The notes beneath the pieces were generated by a model. The model worked only from the letters and a program-made list of their open reading frames with translations. It did not search any database and was not told the DNA's origin. A stretch of 64,000 bases of DNA from Thermodesulfobacteriota bacterium (lineage in GTDB: Bacteria > Desulfobacterota > Desulfobulbia > Desulfobulbales > SURF-16), in the NCBI GenBank assembly GCA_039715015.1, contig JBDLIE010000010.1, positions 9,514 through 73,513 on the forward strand. The letters are read 5' to 3'. The position numbers and the translations under genes are program-made. Below are positions 1 to 7,578 of this stretch, piece by piece (the stretch's first letter is position 1; each line of letters begins with the position of its first letter).

Positions 1-138
1 GCTGAGCTTCTTGCTGTTGGGGGCGAGGATATCGTAACCCCATTTTTTCTTGAAATAATAATCGATACCACCGCCCACCAAGCCTGAGCCACCGATGATA
101 ACGCCAAATTTTTTCTCTCTATTTTTCTTCTCTGTCAC
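1..138 (-). CDS. N-terminal part of an NAD(P)-dependent oxidoreductase/epimerase (SDR, RmlD-like); runs off the window edge
   Basis: GTG at 138 after a GGAG RBS; translates MTEKKNREKKFGVIIGGSGLVGGG (GxxGxxG Rossmann motif); not in the ORF track. Confidence 0.7.
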   Translation of the reverse strand, partial: MTEKKNREKKFGVIIGGSGLVGGGIDYYFKKKWGYDILAPNSKKLS

Positions 139-469
139 AGCTCCGCTCTCCACTCCAGCCTTATCATGTCCCCTATTTTTTTGCTTTTACATCTCTATCC
201 TTAACCCCACAGGAGGCGATTTCTCCACCCATGTTCAATGTACCGCCTCCATGATGACAAACTCAACAGCAAGTTGAAAAAAATGGTCACAGAAGGCCGC
301 TAAACTGGAGGATGAAAAGGATTGTTATTCGCCAGGCCCTTTTGCAAAGCAATTCTGAATTTGACCGTTTTGATGATAAAAAACGGCATGCAAAAATAGC
401 CGGCCTTAATAAAAGATGGCTGGAAGCAGGTGAGCTCCTCTCACCTTTTATCCAAGGGTATTTAGGAGT

Positions 470-865
470 GGAAAGGGCCAATCGCATGATACTCCCCTCT
501 GCCTGCTGATGTTTGATATCGACTATTTTAAATACCTATGGCCACGAGGTGGCTGATTTTGTTCTCAGCGGGCCCGCCTTTCCAACAACACCCTGCGCGA
601 CCAGGATGTTGTTGCCCGCTGGGGAGGCGAAGAGTTCATGGTCATCCTGCCGCACACCAAAGAGGCTGGCGGCCTGAAGATCGCCGAGCGCTTACGCGCT
701 GCGATTGGCGGCTATGATTTTGTAGAGCCGAAACAGGTTACCTTAAGCATCGGGGTCACTGAGCGCCAGACTGGCGACAGCTGCGATTCGCTGATCAACC
801 GCCTTGATCTTGCCCTGTATGAGGCCAAGAGTGGCGGCCGAAACAGGGTGCAGGTCTCTCGATAA
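470..865 (+). pseudogene. Decayed diguanylate cyclase (GGDEF domain)
   Basis: Fragments in different frames: CLLMFDIDYFK, YGHEVADFVL, DVVARWGGEEFMVILP...ALYEAKSGGRNRV; the xINDT segment is deleted; 5' boundary approximate. Confidence 0.8.
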
Positions 866-885
866 CCCCTGTTTGGCTATCCACC

Positions 886-922
886 AAAAAAGACCTGCCG
901 GACTTATCCAGGCAGGTCTTTT
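886..922. terminator. Bidirectional intrinsic terminator
   Basis: AAAAAAGACCTGCC-loop-GGCAGGTCTTTT between convergent genes. Confidence 0.75.
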
Positions 923-951
923 ATTACATGGTGCTTGCTGGAAAGGCTGCT

Positions 952-2283
952 CTAGTTCTCCTCAACCTCCAACTCGCCCTCTTCAACACTCATTGTTCCA
1001 TCCAGATACCGAGCCTTGCGCCCTTTTCCCTTAAGGACATTATGGCCCATCTCTGCCCTAATGCCGGTGTTGCAGTAGAGGATAAGCTCCTTATGGGGAT
1101 CTAACTCTGCCTGACGCTTACCAAGCTGATCAACAGGGATGTTGACAGCACCGGCAATGGCGCCTTTGGCAAACTCATCAGGGTTTCTCACATCAACCAG
1201 CTGCATTGAACCCGGGGTTTTGCCGGCAACCTTTTCAAACTCAGCCACGGCAATGGTACCGGGTTTTGGCCTGGGCACATAGGTGATGGTGGTTTTGGCA
1301 GCCCCTGTAGCCACAGGGTTGCCGGCCTTCTTCCAGGCCTTAAAGTCCATGGGCAGAATGCGGACAGCTTTGTAGCCCCAGGACACGGCTTGACTGGCAG
1401 CATCTTTACTGTTTGGCCCATAAAAAATGATCGGCGCCTTTTTCCGTTCGGGGAATTTTTCCTTGCTGGCAGCAAGCTTAGCGTATTCAATGCCAACAGC
1501 CCCTTTGATATGACCCTTTTTCACCGTGGCTGCACTGCGCAGATCAATAAGGACATGGGGAATATCCTTGCCAATGGCCATCTTCAGCCAGGCCGGTACC
1601 ACCGTGCCATATTCGTTTTTGCTCCAATCAGGAAAACCACCGGTATAGATGCGGACATTCTCATAACCAAGACTCTTGGTCTTCATGGAGGCGGTGGGAC
1701 TCAGACAGCCGCCCACGCCGTAGAAAACAATGGGGGTGGACTTATCTTTTGGCAGTTTGCCGATGAATTTATCAAAGGCCGGTGCCGGCATCATTCCAGC
1801 GCCGGGGATATGGCCCATCTTATACTTCATGGGTGGCCGGACATCATAGACCTTAACCTTAGGGTCCTTCTGCAACATCTTAAAGGCAGCGCGGTTAAGT
1901 TTCTCATCGTCACTGATGGCGCGCATGATATCAAAGCGGATGATCTCGGTGGCAACCCTCTCGCCCCCCTGTTTCGTATAGTTGATCTGAAAACCCTTCT
2001 TCTTATAATTACGGATATCTTTGAAGTCTTGAACGTACTTGACCCTGGTCTTGTCCGTGAACTTAACCACCTCTTTATGGGTCATAAAATCCATCTGGAT
2101 GGTTTTTGATTTAATGGCGATGTTCTCCAAAAAACCCATCATCACACCTGGTTCCGGCTCATGACACATGCCGCATAGTTTGGCCATGGGCACCTTAGCT
2201 GCTGTTGGTCCCTGGGCAAATACGGCAGGGGCGCATACCATGGCGGCGGCCAGATATGCACTAAAAAATAGCGAGCTCCTCAT
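952..2283 (-). CDS. Exported multi-rhodanese (sulfurtransferase) protein with an N-terminal CxxCH haem-c motif
   Basis: Signal peptide (...PAVFA), CGMCH, three rhodanese repeats (DVRPP..GHIPGA; DLRS..GHIKGA; DVRNP..GAIAGA..YCNTGIRA). Confidence 0.85.
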   Translation of the reverse strand: MRSSLFFSAYLAAAMVCAPAVFAQGPTAAKVPMAKLCGMCHEPEPGVMMGFLENIAIKSKTIQMDFMTHKEVVKFTDKTRVKYVQDFKDIRNYKKKGFQINYTKQGGERVATEIIRFDIMRAISDDEKLNRAAFKMLQKDPKVKVYDVRPPMKYKMGHIPGAGMMPAPAFDKFIGKLPKDKSTPIVFYGVGGCLSPTASMKTKSLGYENVRIYTGGFPDWSKNEYGTVVPAWLKMAIGKDIPHVLIDLRSAATVKKGHIKGAVGIEYAKLAASKEKFPERKKAPIIFYGPNSKDAASQAVSWGYKAVRILPMDFKAWKKAGNPVATGAAKTTITYVPRPKPGTIAVAEFEKVAGKTPGSMQLVDVRNPDEFAKGAIAGAVNIPVDQLGKRQAELDPHKELILYCNTGIRAEMGHNVLKGKGRKARYLDGTMSVEEGELEVEEN

Positions 2284-2702
2284 TTGCTTCCTCCTCTTGA
2301 ATGTTCAGGCAGTCCACCCAAAAGGGCACTGCCGGTGTTGTCACAAGGCGACGTCAAGTCGCAGGACATGCGCTGTTGTACCAAGGCCCTAGGGCCAAAA
2401 CAGAGAGGGTAAAAACGAAATGTATATTGAAAAAAGAGGTGTGTATAAAATTTTGCAGCCGTAAGGAAGGTTGTTTCTCAAGGCCGTTGAATGCCTGAAT
2501 ACGACTTTTTTAGCCTAACAATGGCTTATATTTTTTGCAACACCAATATATCATAGTTCAGGCAACGTATCGGTATGCCAGTGGTTGTACAATTTTCTGC
2601 TTCTGTGTATTTTTATTTTGGCACCCATCCTTAAATCGGGCCCTCAAACAACCACGGCTGGAAAGGGGTTACATATGAAAAACAAATCAACAAATTGCGA
2701 GC

Positions 2703-3389
2703 ATGATGATGTTTCCAGATAGAAAATTAGTTATCTGCGACCTGGACGGCACCTTGGTTGACAGTGTGCCAGATCTGGCCTTTTGCGTGGATGAGATGCT
2801 GGACCAAATCGACCTATCGCCTGCCGGAGAGGCAAAGGTACGGCAATGGGTGGGTAACGGCGTCGAGCGCCTGGTACAACGGGCCTTGCTCGGTGAGATG
2901 GAGGGTGAACCGGATGCAAATTTATTTAGCCGGGCCTTGCCAGTTTTTTTGGAGCTCTATGCCGACAATATCAGCCAGCGCAGCCGCCTTTTTCCAGGGG
3001 TGGAGCAGGGCCTTAACTGGTTGGCGGAGCGGAAAATAAATCTTGCCTGTGTAACTAATAAGGCGGAGCGTTATACCACTCCTCTTTTAAAAAATCTTGG
3101 GATATGCCATCGCTTCGGAATAGTGTTGAGCGGCGATAGTTTGAGCGAGAAAAAACCAAGCGGTCTGCCCCTGCTCCATGCAGCAAAGCATTTTGGCCTC
3201 CAGCCTGAAAATTGCCTGATGGTTGGCGATTCGATCAGCGATGTCAAGGCCGCCAGGGCAGCAGGCATTGCCGTTGTTTGCCTGAGCTACGGCTATAACC
3301 ACGGCATGGATATCCGTACCGCCGAGCCGGACGCAGTGATCGATAGCCTGGCCGAGCTGCCTGCACTTCTTGCTGAAAATTTGAAATAA
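2703..3389 (+). CDS. gph: Phosphoglycolate phosphatase (HAD family)
   Basis: DLDGTLVDS, TNK, KKP and MVGDS..D motifs; YGYNHG. Confidence 0.88.
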   Translation: MMMFPDRKLVICDLDGTLVDSVPDLAFCVDEMLDQIDLSPAGEAKVRQWVGNGVERLVQRALLGEMEGEPDANLFSRALPVFLELYADNISQRSRLFPGVEQGLNWLAERKINLACVTNKAERYTTPLLKNLGICHRFGIVLSGDSLSEKKPSGLPLLHAAKHFGLQPENCLMVGDSISDVKAARAAGIAVVCLSYGYNHGMDIRTAEPDAVIDSLAELPALLAENLK

Positions 3390-3507
3390 AAAAAGGAGTT
3401 ACCGGCTAAACCGATAACTCCTTTGAAAATACAAAAATGGTCGGGGCGAGAGGATTCCCTCTTTTCAGTACCCCCTTGAGGGGTAACCCTCCGATCTCCT
3501 GTTCCCA
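3388..3507 (-). repeat. Duplicated 3' half of tRNA-Pro plus downstream terminator (att-like site), interrupted by an insertion
   Basis: 3388-3457 matches 6274-6343 with 1 mismatch; 3486-3507 matches 6345-6366 at 19/22 and ends at the anticodon; about 28 extra bases in the T-loop. Confidence 0.9.
3460..3485. repeat. Short hairpin (REP-like) element, copy 1
   Basis: TCTTTTCAGTACCCCCTTGAGGGGTA; its reverse complement recurs at 62220-62245 (17-bp exact core, 24/26 overall). Confidence 0.7.
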
Positions 3508-3517
3508 TCCACCGCCT

Positions 3518-4642
3518 TTACGCAGGTTGTCTTGAGGCGGCAATAAATTTTTTGAATATTAGAAAAAACACGACAGTGACAAAGATGATGCTGAAAAAAT
3601 TCACAGCACCGAGAAAGGCACTGGCAAAGTAGAGCTTGTAAACCATTGTACCCAAAACTTGGGTACCGACAAAGCCTCAGACCATCCCCCATTGAGCAGG
3701 AGAAAACTCGGCAGACAAAAACTCCTTTCGCAAATATTCCCTCAACCAGTATACCGCAAAAACAAACCACACCATTGCCCCTGTGTAAGAGAAGGTCATG
3801 GTCAGAAATGAGGCTGTAGACAGATCAACCCCATAACTCTTGCCGGTAAACATCATGAGCTTAAAAGAGCTGAAACCAAGCAGACACATGGGTGGTACGA
3901 ATAAAAAATAGGCCGGCAGGATATTAACCGTGGGCCTCGCCGCCGATTTCACCTGTTGGTAAACAAGGACAGACATTTTAAAGGCAAAGACAACCAGCCC
4001 CAAAGCCAAAGTGATGGAAACCATAATTGCTGCAGTGCTGGAAATCAGATGATTTTCTGATGCGTTGACCAGGCTCGAACCAAACAACGACACTGCTCCC
4101 AAGGCCAGCACATCAAGCAACCAGCCAAAATTCATGCTCGTATAATCAACCTGGTTTGTTAGAAAAACCTGGATAGTTTTTATTTCCAAGGCCAGCAAAG
4201 GCAGCCACAAAAGGCAAAACATCGTAAATGCCGGGGCCATCAGGGCCTGCATGTTTGCCGTTATCTGCGGCATAAAAAAGCTCAGCGGCCCAAAGAGGAC
4301 AATCATGGTCATCGGCAAGGAGATGAGCGGTGAAAACAGCGATGCACAGGTCAAAGGGTTGTGCAGTATCTCTTTAAAAGAGCTGGGACTGGCCAGCCAC
4401 CTTATGAGCTGGTTACAAAAGATGGCCGTCAGGCTGAGATGAATAACAATAAAGCTCGCCATGACAGCAATCAGCAACCAGGCAATGGCGTACTCCACAC
4501 TCGGGCCGGTCAAGAACGATAGGTCAGACAGGGAAATCTGTCCATCGCTTTTAAAAATATTAACCTTCAGAAAAATATAGGGCATCAGGGCAACACCGGC
4601 TGCTGCCAGTGTTCCTTGAAATTTCAAGGGCGTAAATTTCAT
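3518..4642 (-). CDS. tsoY: Polytopic membrane selenoprotein, TsoY-like (374 aa, Sec322)
   Basis: ORF track stops at TGA 3677-3679 (FSPAQWGMV*). The frame continues GFVGTQVLGTMVYKLYFASAFLGAVNFFSIIFVTVVFFLIFKKFIAASRQPA to TAA 3518-3520. Hairpin GUACCCAA-GUU-UUGGGUAC follows the UGA. Family name from recall. Confidence 0.8.
3648..3666 (-). promoter_or_regulatory. Putative bacterial SECIS of the tsoY-like gene
   Basis: Perfect 8-bp stem with GUU loop at +19..+21 after the UGA. Confidence 0.7.
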
Positions 4643-4668
4643 TTGGCGGTACCTCCTTGCATTGGGGT

Positions 4669-4975
4669 TTACGTTAAAACCTTATCAGCCTCCTTTGCTA
4701 TTTCATACAAATCATCCATCCAACCTATGGAGCATGGCTTGATCCCTCCAGACCGTGGGATTTCATACACACGCCTCAGACGTAAAAATCTCCCTCAAAT
4801 TTGTTGACCTGCTCCATGACATCAAACTCTGCGCTGCCAACCTGGAAAAAGAGTACGCCTTTACCAAGCATGAAGACGCTGATGTCATCCTCCTTTTTAC
4901 GCCAACATTGGCCAGGCGCATGGCATTGAAGATCGACTCACCATCACTTGTGCTGATGATAATAAGCATATTCAT
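4669..4975 (-). pseudogene. DsrE/DsrF-like selenoprotein with a UxxC motif, broken by two 1-nt deletions
   Basis: Restoring one A in the runs at 4894-4898 and 4739-4740 gives 102 aa: MNMLIIISTSDGESIFNAMRLANVGVKKEDDISVFMLGKGV...DFYV-U-GVCMKSHGLEGSKPCSIGWMDDLYEIAKEADKVLT; UGA at 4776-4778. Confidence 0.75.
4742..4761 (-). promoter_or_regulatory. Putative SECIS of the DsrE-like gene
   Basis: AUCCCA-CGGUC-UGGAGGGAU hairpin with GGU at +22..+24. Confidence 0.6.
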
Positions 4976-4993
4976 CGACTCTCCTCCCTGTTG

Positions 4994-5236
4994 TTAAATA
5001 TTCTCTGAAAGAAACGTTTCCAGCTTTTCCTTATCCGTTGCCACGTCCAGCGCTATAAATTCACCGTTTAGGAGTACATTGGTTGCCCTCGCTTTGGCCT
5101 CCTCTGGATCCGTGGTCAGGATCTTTACTTCAAGGCTCTTGCCATATTTATCCTTCATCTCCTGGGCTGCATCCATAGCCCTCTTGCAGGTTACTCATGC
5201 CGGGTTGCCGATGTGAAAAACCGTTAATGTGACCAT
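4994..5236 (-). CDS. tsoX: Thioredoxin-fold selenoprotein with UxxC, TsoX-like (80 aa, Sec14)
   Basis: AAGGAG RBS then MVTLTVFHIGNPA-U-VTCKRAMDAAQE..., in frame with ORF 4994..5176; UGA at 5195-5197; resembles the HSGNPxU motif (family name from recall). Confidence 0.82.
5164..5181 (-). promoter_or_regulatory. Putative SECIS of the tsoX-like gene
   Basis: GGGCU-AUGGAUGC-AGCCC hairpin with loop Gs at +21/+22. Confidence 0.6.
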
Positions 5237-5246
5237 ACCTTCTCCT

Positions 5247-5693
5247 TTACGTGTTTTCTTTGGTGAGCTTTGCCAGCAGGAAAGCGGCGCCGCTTACTGA
5301 GATACCCAGGACTGCTGCAAGGTCCTGGGGGCTGGCATCCATGTTTGATTTCAGGAAGGATTGCACCTCTTCTTCAAGCTCGTCGAGCCAGCTTTCAAAG
5401 AGAATGAGAATGTCCGGGTCGGCAACGGCCATGAGCTGTTTTGACTGGGCAACCTTATGGACCAAACTCTGACACATGCTTGTTGGATCGACACCTTCGT
5501 CCATGCATTCGGAAAGTCAGAGATTAACCATGCTTGAAACCTTATCGGCCCCGGCATCGCCAACCAGTGACACGACAAAATCAAGGCGGGCCTCGTCACT
5601 TATCTGCGAAAGCAGGCTGTTGGCAGCCTTGGCAATTGCCGCTAAGGCCTGCTCTGGCTCCATCCGAGCTATTACCTCTTCAAGTTCAACCAT
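5247..5693 (-). CDS. tsoA: Selenoprotein with LULxxC motif, TsoA-like (148 aa, Sec59)
   Basis: GGAGG RBS, MVELEEVIARMEPEQALAAIAK...SSMVNL-U-LSECMDEGVDPTSMCQ..., joining ORF 5247..5504 in frame; UGA at 5517-5519 (family name from recall). Confidence 0.82.
5484..5503 (-). promoter_or_regulatory. Putative SECIS of the tsoA-like gene
   Basis: UGGA-CGA-AGGUG-UCG-A-UCCA hairpin with GGU at +22..+24. Confidence 0.65.
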
Positions 5694-5711
5694 TTTAAAA
5701 ATCCTCCAGCG

Positions 5712-6026
5712 TCAAAAAGTCGTCCGGCACCGTAACAGATCTTCCCCCAACTCGTTTAGCTGTTCGAGTATGGTGAGGATACGGTCATCGGTTAGCTCAT
5801 AGTATACGAAAGGCCCTCGGCGCTCGACGCTTACCAGCAGAGACCTTTTCAGCTCTTTTAGATGGTGGGAGACAAGGGGCTGGGAAAGGTTGAGTTCCTC
5901 CACAATGGTGGAGACAGACTTCTTCTCTTTGACACTAAGCAGTATGCGCAACCTATTTTCATCGGCCAGGCATTTAGCCAAAAAAGCCTGGATATGCAGA
6001 TTAACCCCATCTCTGTTTTTTGCCAT
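5712..6026 (-). CDS. ArsR/SmtB-family transcriptional repressor (TsoR-like)
   Basis: KCLADENRLRIL...SQPLVSHHLKELK...GPFVYY winged-HTH signature. Confidence 0.9.
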   Translation of the reverse strand: MAKNRDGVNLHIQAFLAKCLADENRLRILLSVKEKKSVSTIVEELNLSQPLVSHHLKELKRSLLVSVERRGPFVYYELTDDRILTILEQLNELGEDLLRCRTTF

Positions 6027-6093
6027 AATGACTTGTTTTTACATTTATTACTGAACCACTTTTCAGCGTGTTTCTAAAAAATTTCCTCGCCGC

Positions 6094-6131
6094 CATAACC
6101 ACATAAATATCCATTTATATGGTTATGTCAA
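6094..6131 (-). promoter_or_regulatory. Sigma70-type promoter overlapped by an inverted-repeat operator
   Basis: CATAACCACATAAAT-ATCC-ATTTATATGGTTATG (15-4-15, 1 mismatch) overlapping TTGACA on the minus strand at 6126-6131. Confidence 0.75.
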
Positions 6132-6273
6132 CACACTTTCTTGTTGAGCCTAAAATGTTATGTTTGTCAGGAGGGATTTGGACTGAAGATACTTTGAGCT
6201 GCTACGAGGTAGCAGATTGAGCGATCAAAAAAGGGTTAAGCATTTTCGGTATAAAAAACTTTCATCAAAAACA

Positions 6274-6310
6274 AAAAAAAGGAGCTACCGGCTAAACCGA
6301 TAACTCCTTT
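6274..6310 (-). terminator. tRNA-Pro terminator
   Basis: AAAGGAGTTATCGG-TTTAG-CCGGTAGCTCC followed by a T-run on the minus strand. Confidence 0.75.
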
Positions 6311-6323
6311 GAAAATACAAAAA

Positions 6324-6401
<78 letters not shown>

Positions 6402-6556
6402 ACTTCAATTGGGAAGAAAACCATGTATCATCCCCTGCCGGTCCAGTCAAGGAAAATATAGTTTGCTGCTTCCGGTGTCATGCTTCCTTTTTAGCTATTT
6501 TTACACCTGTAGTTTGTAAGTGGGGACAATTATTTTCTGTGGACATTCGACAGCTG

Positions 6557-7297
6557 CTATTTATTAACTACCATGGCCAGAGTCGCCACCTCCACCGAGG
6601 CTGCCCCTGCCTTTTTCAAGGTCTTAGCACATTCATTCACCGTGGTGCCGGTGGTAAAGACGTCATCCACCAGGCAGATTTTTTTACCCGCCACCGTCTC
6701 TGGTTTGGGTAAGGCAAAGGCGCCAACAACATTTTTGCGACGCTCATCACCCTTGAGACCGGTCTGAGGTTGGGTGGGGCGGCTGCGGATAAGGTAATTA
6801 CCTATCTTTTCTTTTTGTTCCGGAAAGAGAACCTTGGCCAGCAACAACGATTGGTTGAAGCCGCGGCTTCGCAGCTTATCAAGGTGAAGAGGGACAGGAA
6901 CGATGATATCCGGGGTGTTAAGTCCGTTTAGGGACGAGTTGCCGGCCAGTGTTGCCATGGTGCGCAGCCCTGTTTTTTTACCAGCAAATTTGAGGCTGTG
7001 AATAAGGGTGCCAATCTCCTCATTATAACAAAAGACGGAGCGGGCCCGATCAAAGGCATATTTCTTCTCCAGACAAAGACCGCAGATATGGGAACCGCCG
7101 CCGCTTTTGGCATACATAACACCGCAGACCGGGCAATGGGGTGTTGTCATCGAATCTAATTTAGGCAGGCAGGTGGGGCAGATTTCTATTTTGCCAGCCC
7201 AGGGAAGCGGGGTGGCACAACAGAGGCAATGGGGAGGGAAGCAGAGATCGGCCAGGGCTTGGAACCAGTTTTTCAGGGGCATAACCGTTGTTGGCAA
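6557..7297 (-). CDS. comF: ComF family protein (double Zn-ribbon plus phosphoribosyltransferase domain)
   Basis: CxxC pairs, VPVPLH..RGFNQS, LVDDVFTTGTT. Confidence 0.88.
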   Translation of the reverse strand: MPTTVMPLKNWFQALADLCFPPHCLCCATPLPWAGKIEICPTCLPKLDSMTTPHCPVCGVMYAKSGGGSHICGLCLEKKYAFDRARSVFCYNEEIGTLIHSLKFAGKKTGLRTMATLAGNSSLNGLNTPDIIVPVPLHLDKLRSRGFNQSLLLAKVLFPEQKEKIGNYLIRSRPTQPQTGLKGDERRKNVVGAFALPKPETVAGKKICLVDDVFTTGTTVNECAKTLKKAGAASVEVATLAMVVNK

Positions 7298-7391
7298 AAT
7301 AGATTAAGAGCTGTATCTTAGATACTCTTTAGATCAACGTCATCCAAGTGGAAAAAGGGTGGCCCAATTACTCTCTTTAAAACCGTTTTCC

Positions 7392-7553
7392 ATGAAATCA
7401 ATTATTTTTCTCTTTATATCAGTCCTGGTAGGCATTGTTACCTTTGTGGTTATCCAAAAAAAATCAGAGGACGGCTGCATTCCCTGACTGCTTATCTATG
7501 GTTCCCTCGGTGCGGGAGCAATCACCTACTACCTGCTGACCCTGTTCTTTTAA
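7392..7553 (+). CDS. Putative 53-aa membrane selenoprotein with a CxxU motif (Sec32); not in the ORF track
   Basis: MKSIIFLFISVLVGIVTFVVIQKKSEDGCIP-U-LLIYGSLGAGAITYYLLTLFF; UGA at 7485-7487; two hydrophobic segments; SECIS-like hairpin; no clear SD sequence. Confidence 0.72.
7501..7519 (+). promoter_or_regulatory. Putative SECIS of the CxxU microprotein
   Basis: GUUCCC-UC-GGU-GC-GGGAGC hairpin with GGU at +22..+24. Confidence 0.68.
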
Positions 7554-7578
7554 CCTTCTAACACGCCAAACAACCATT

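Larger units (their letters stand above)
3508..6273. mobile_element. Small genomic island at tRNA-Pro(UGG), no integrase
   Basis: Bounded by direct repeats of the tRNA 3' half plus terminator; the cargo is a single operon. Confidence 0.8.

Noticed and set aside
2365..2385. Sigma54 promoter upstream of the rhodanese gene
   Set aside because: GG-to-GC spacing is 9 nt rather than the required 10.
5694..5714. The ArsR TGA stop is in frame with the tsoA-like start (possible read-through fusion)
   Set aside because: No SECIS-like hairpin or Cys-motif context, and tsoA has its own GGAGG RBS.
6130..6273. Possible integrase remnant next to the tRNA
   Set aside because: No recognisable tyrosine- or serine-recombinase motif in this short AT-rich stretch.
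7465..7545. SAH/SAM riboswitch upstream of mtnA (GAGGACGGCTGC resembles the SAH motif)
   Set aside because: The conserved core and pseudoknot partner are absent; the region is better explained as the CxxU ORF with its SECIS.
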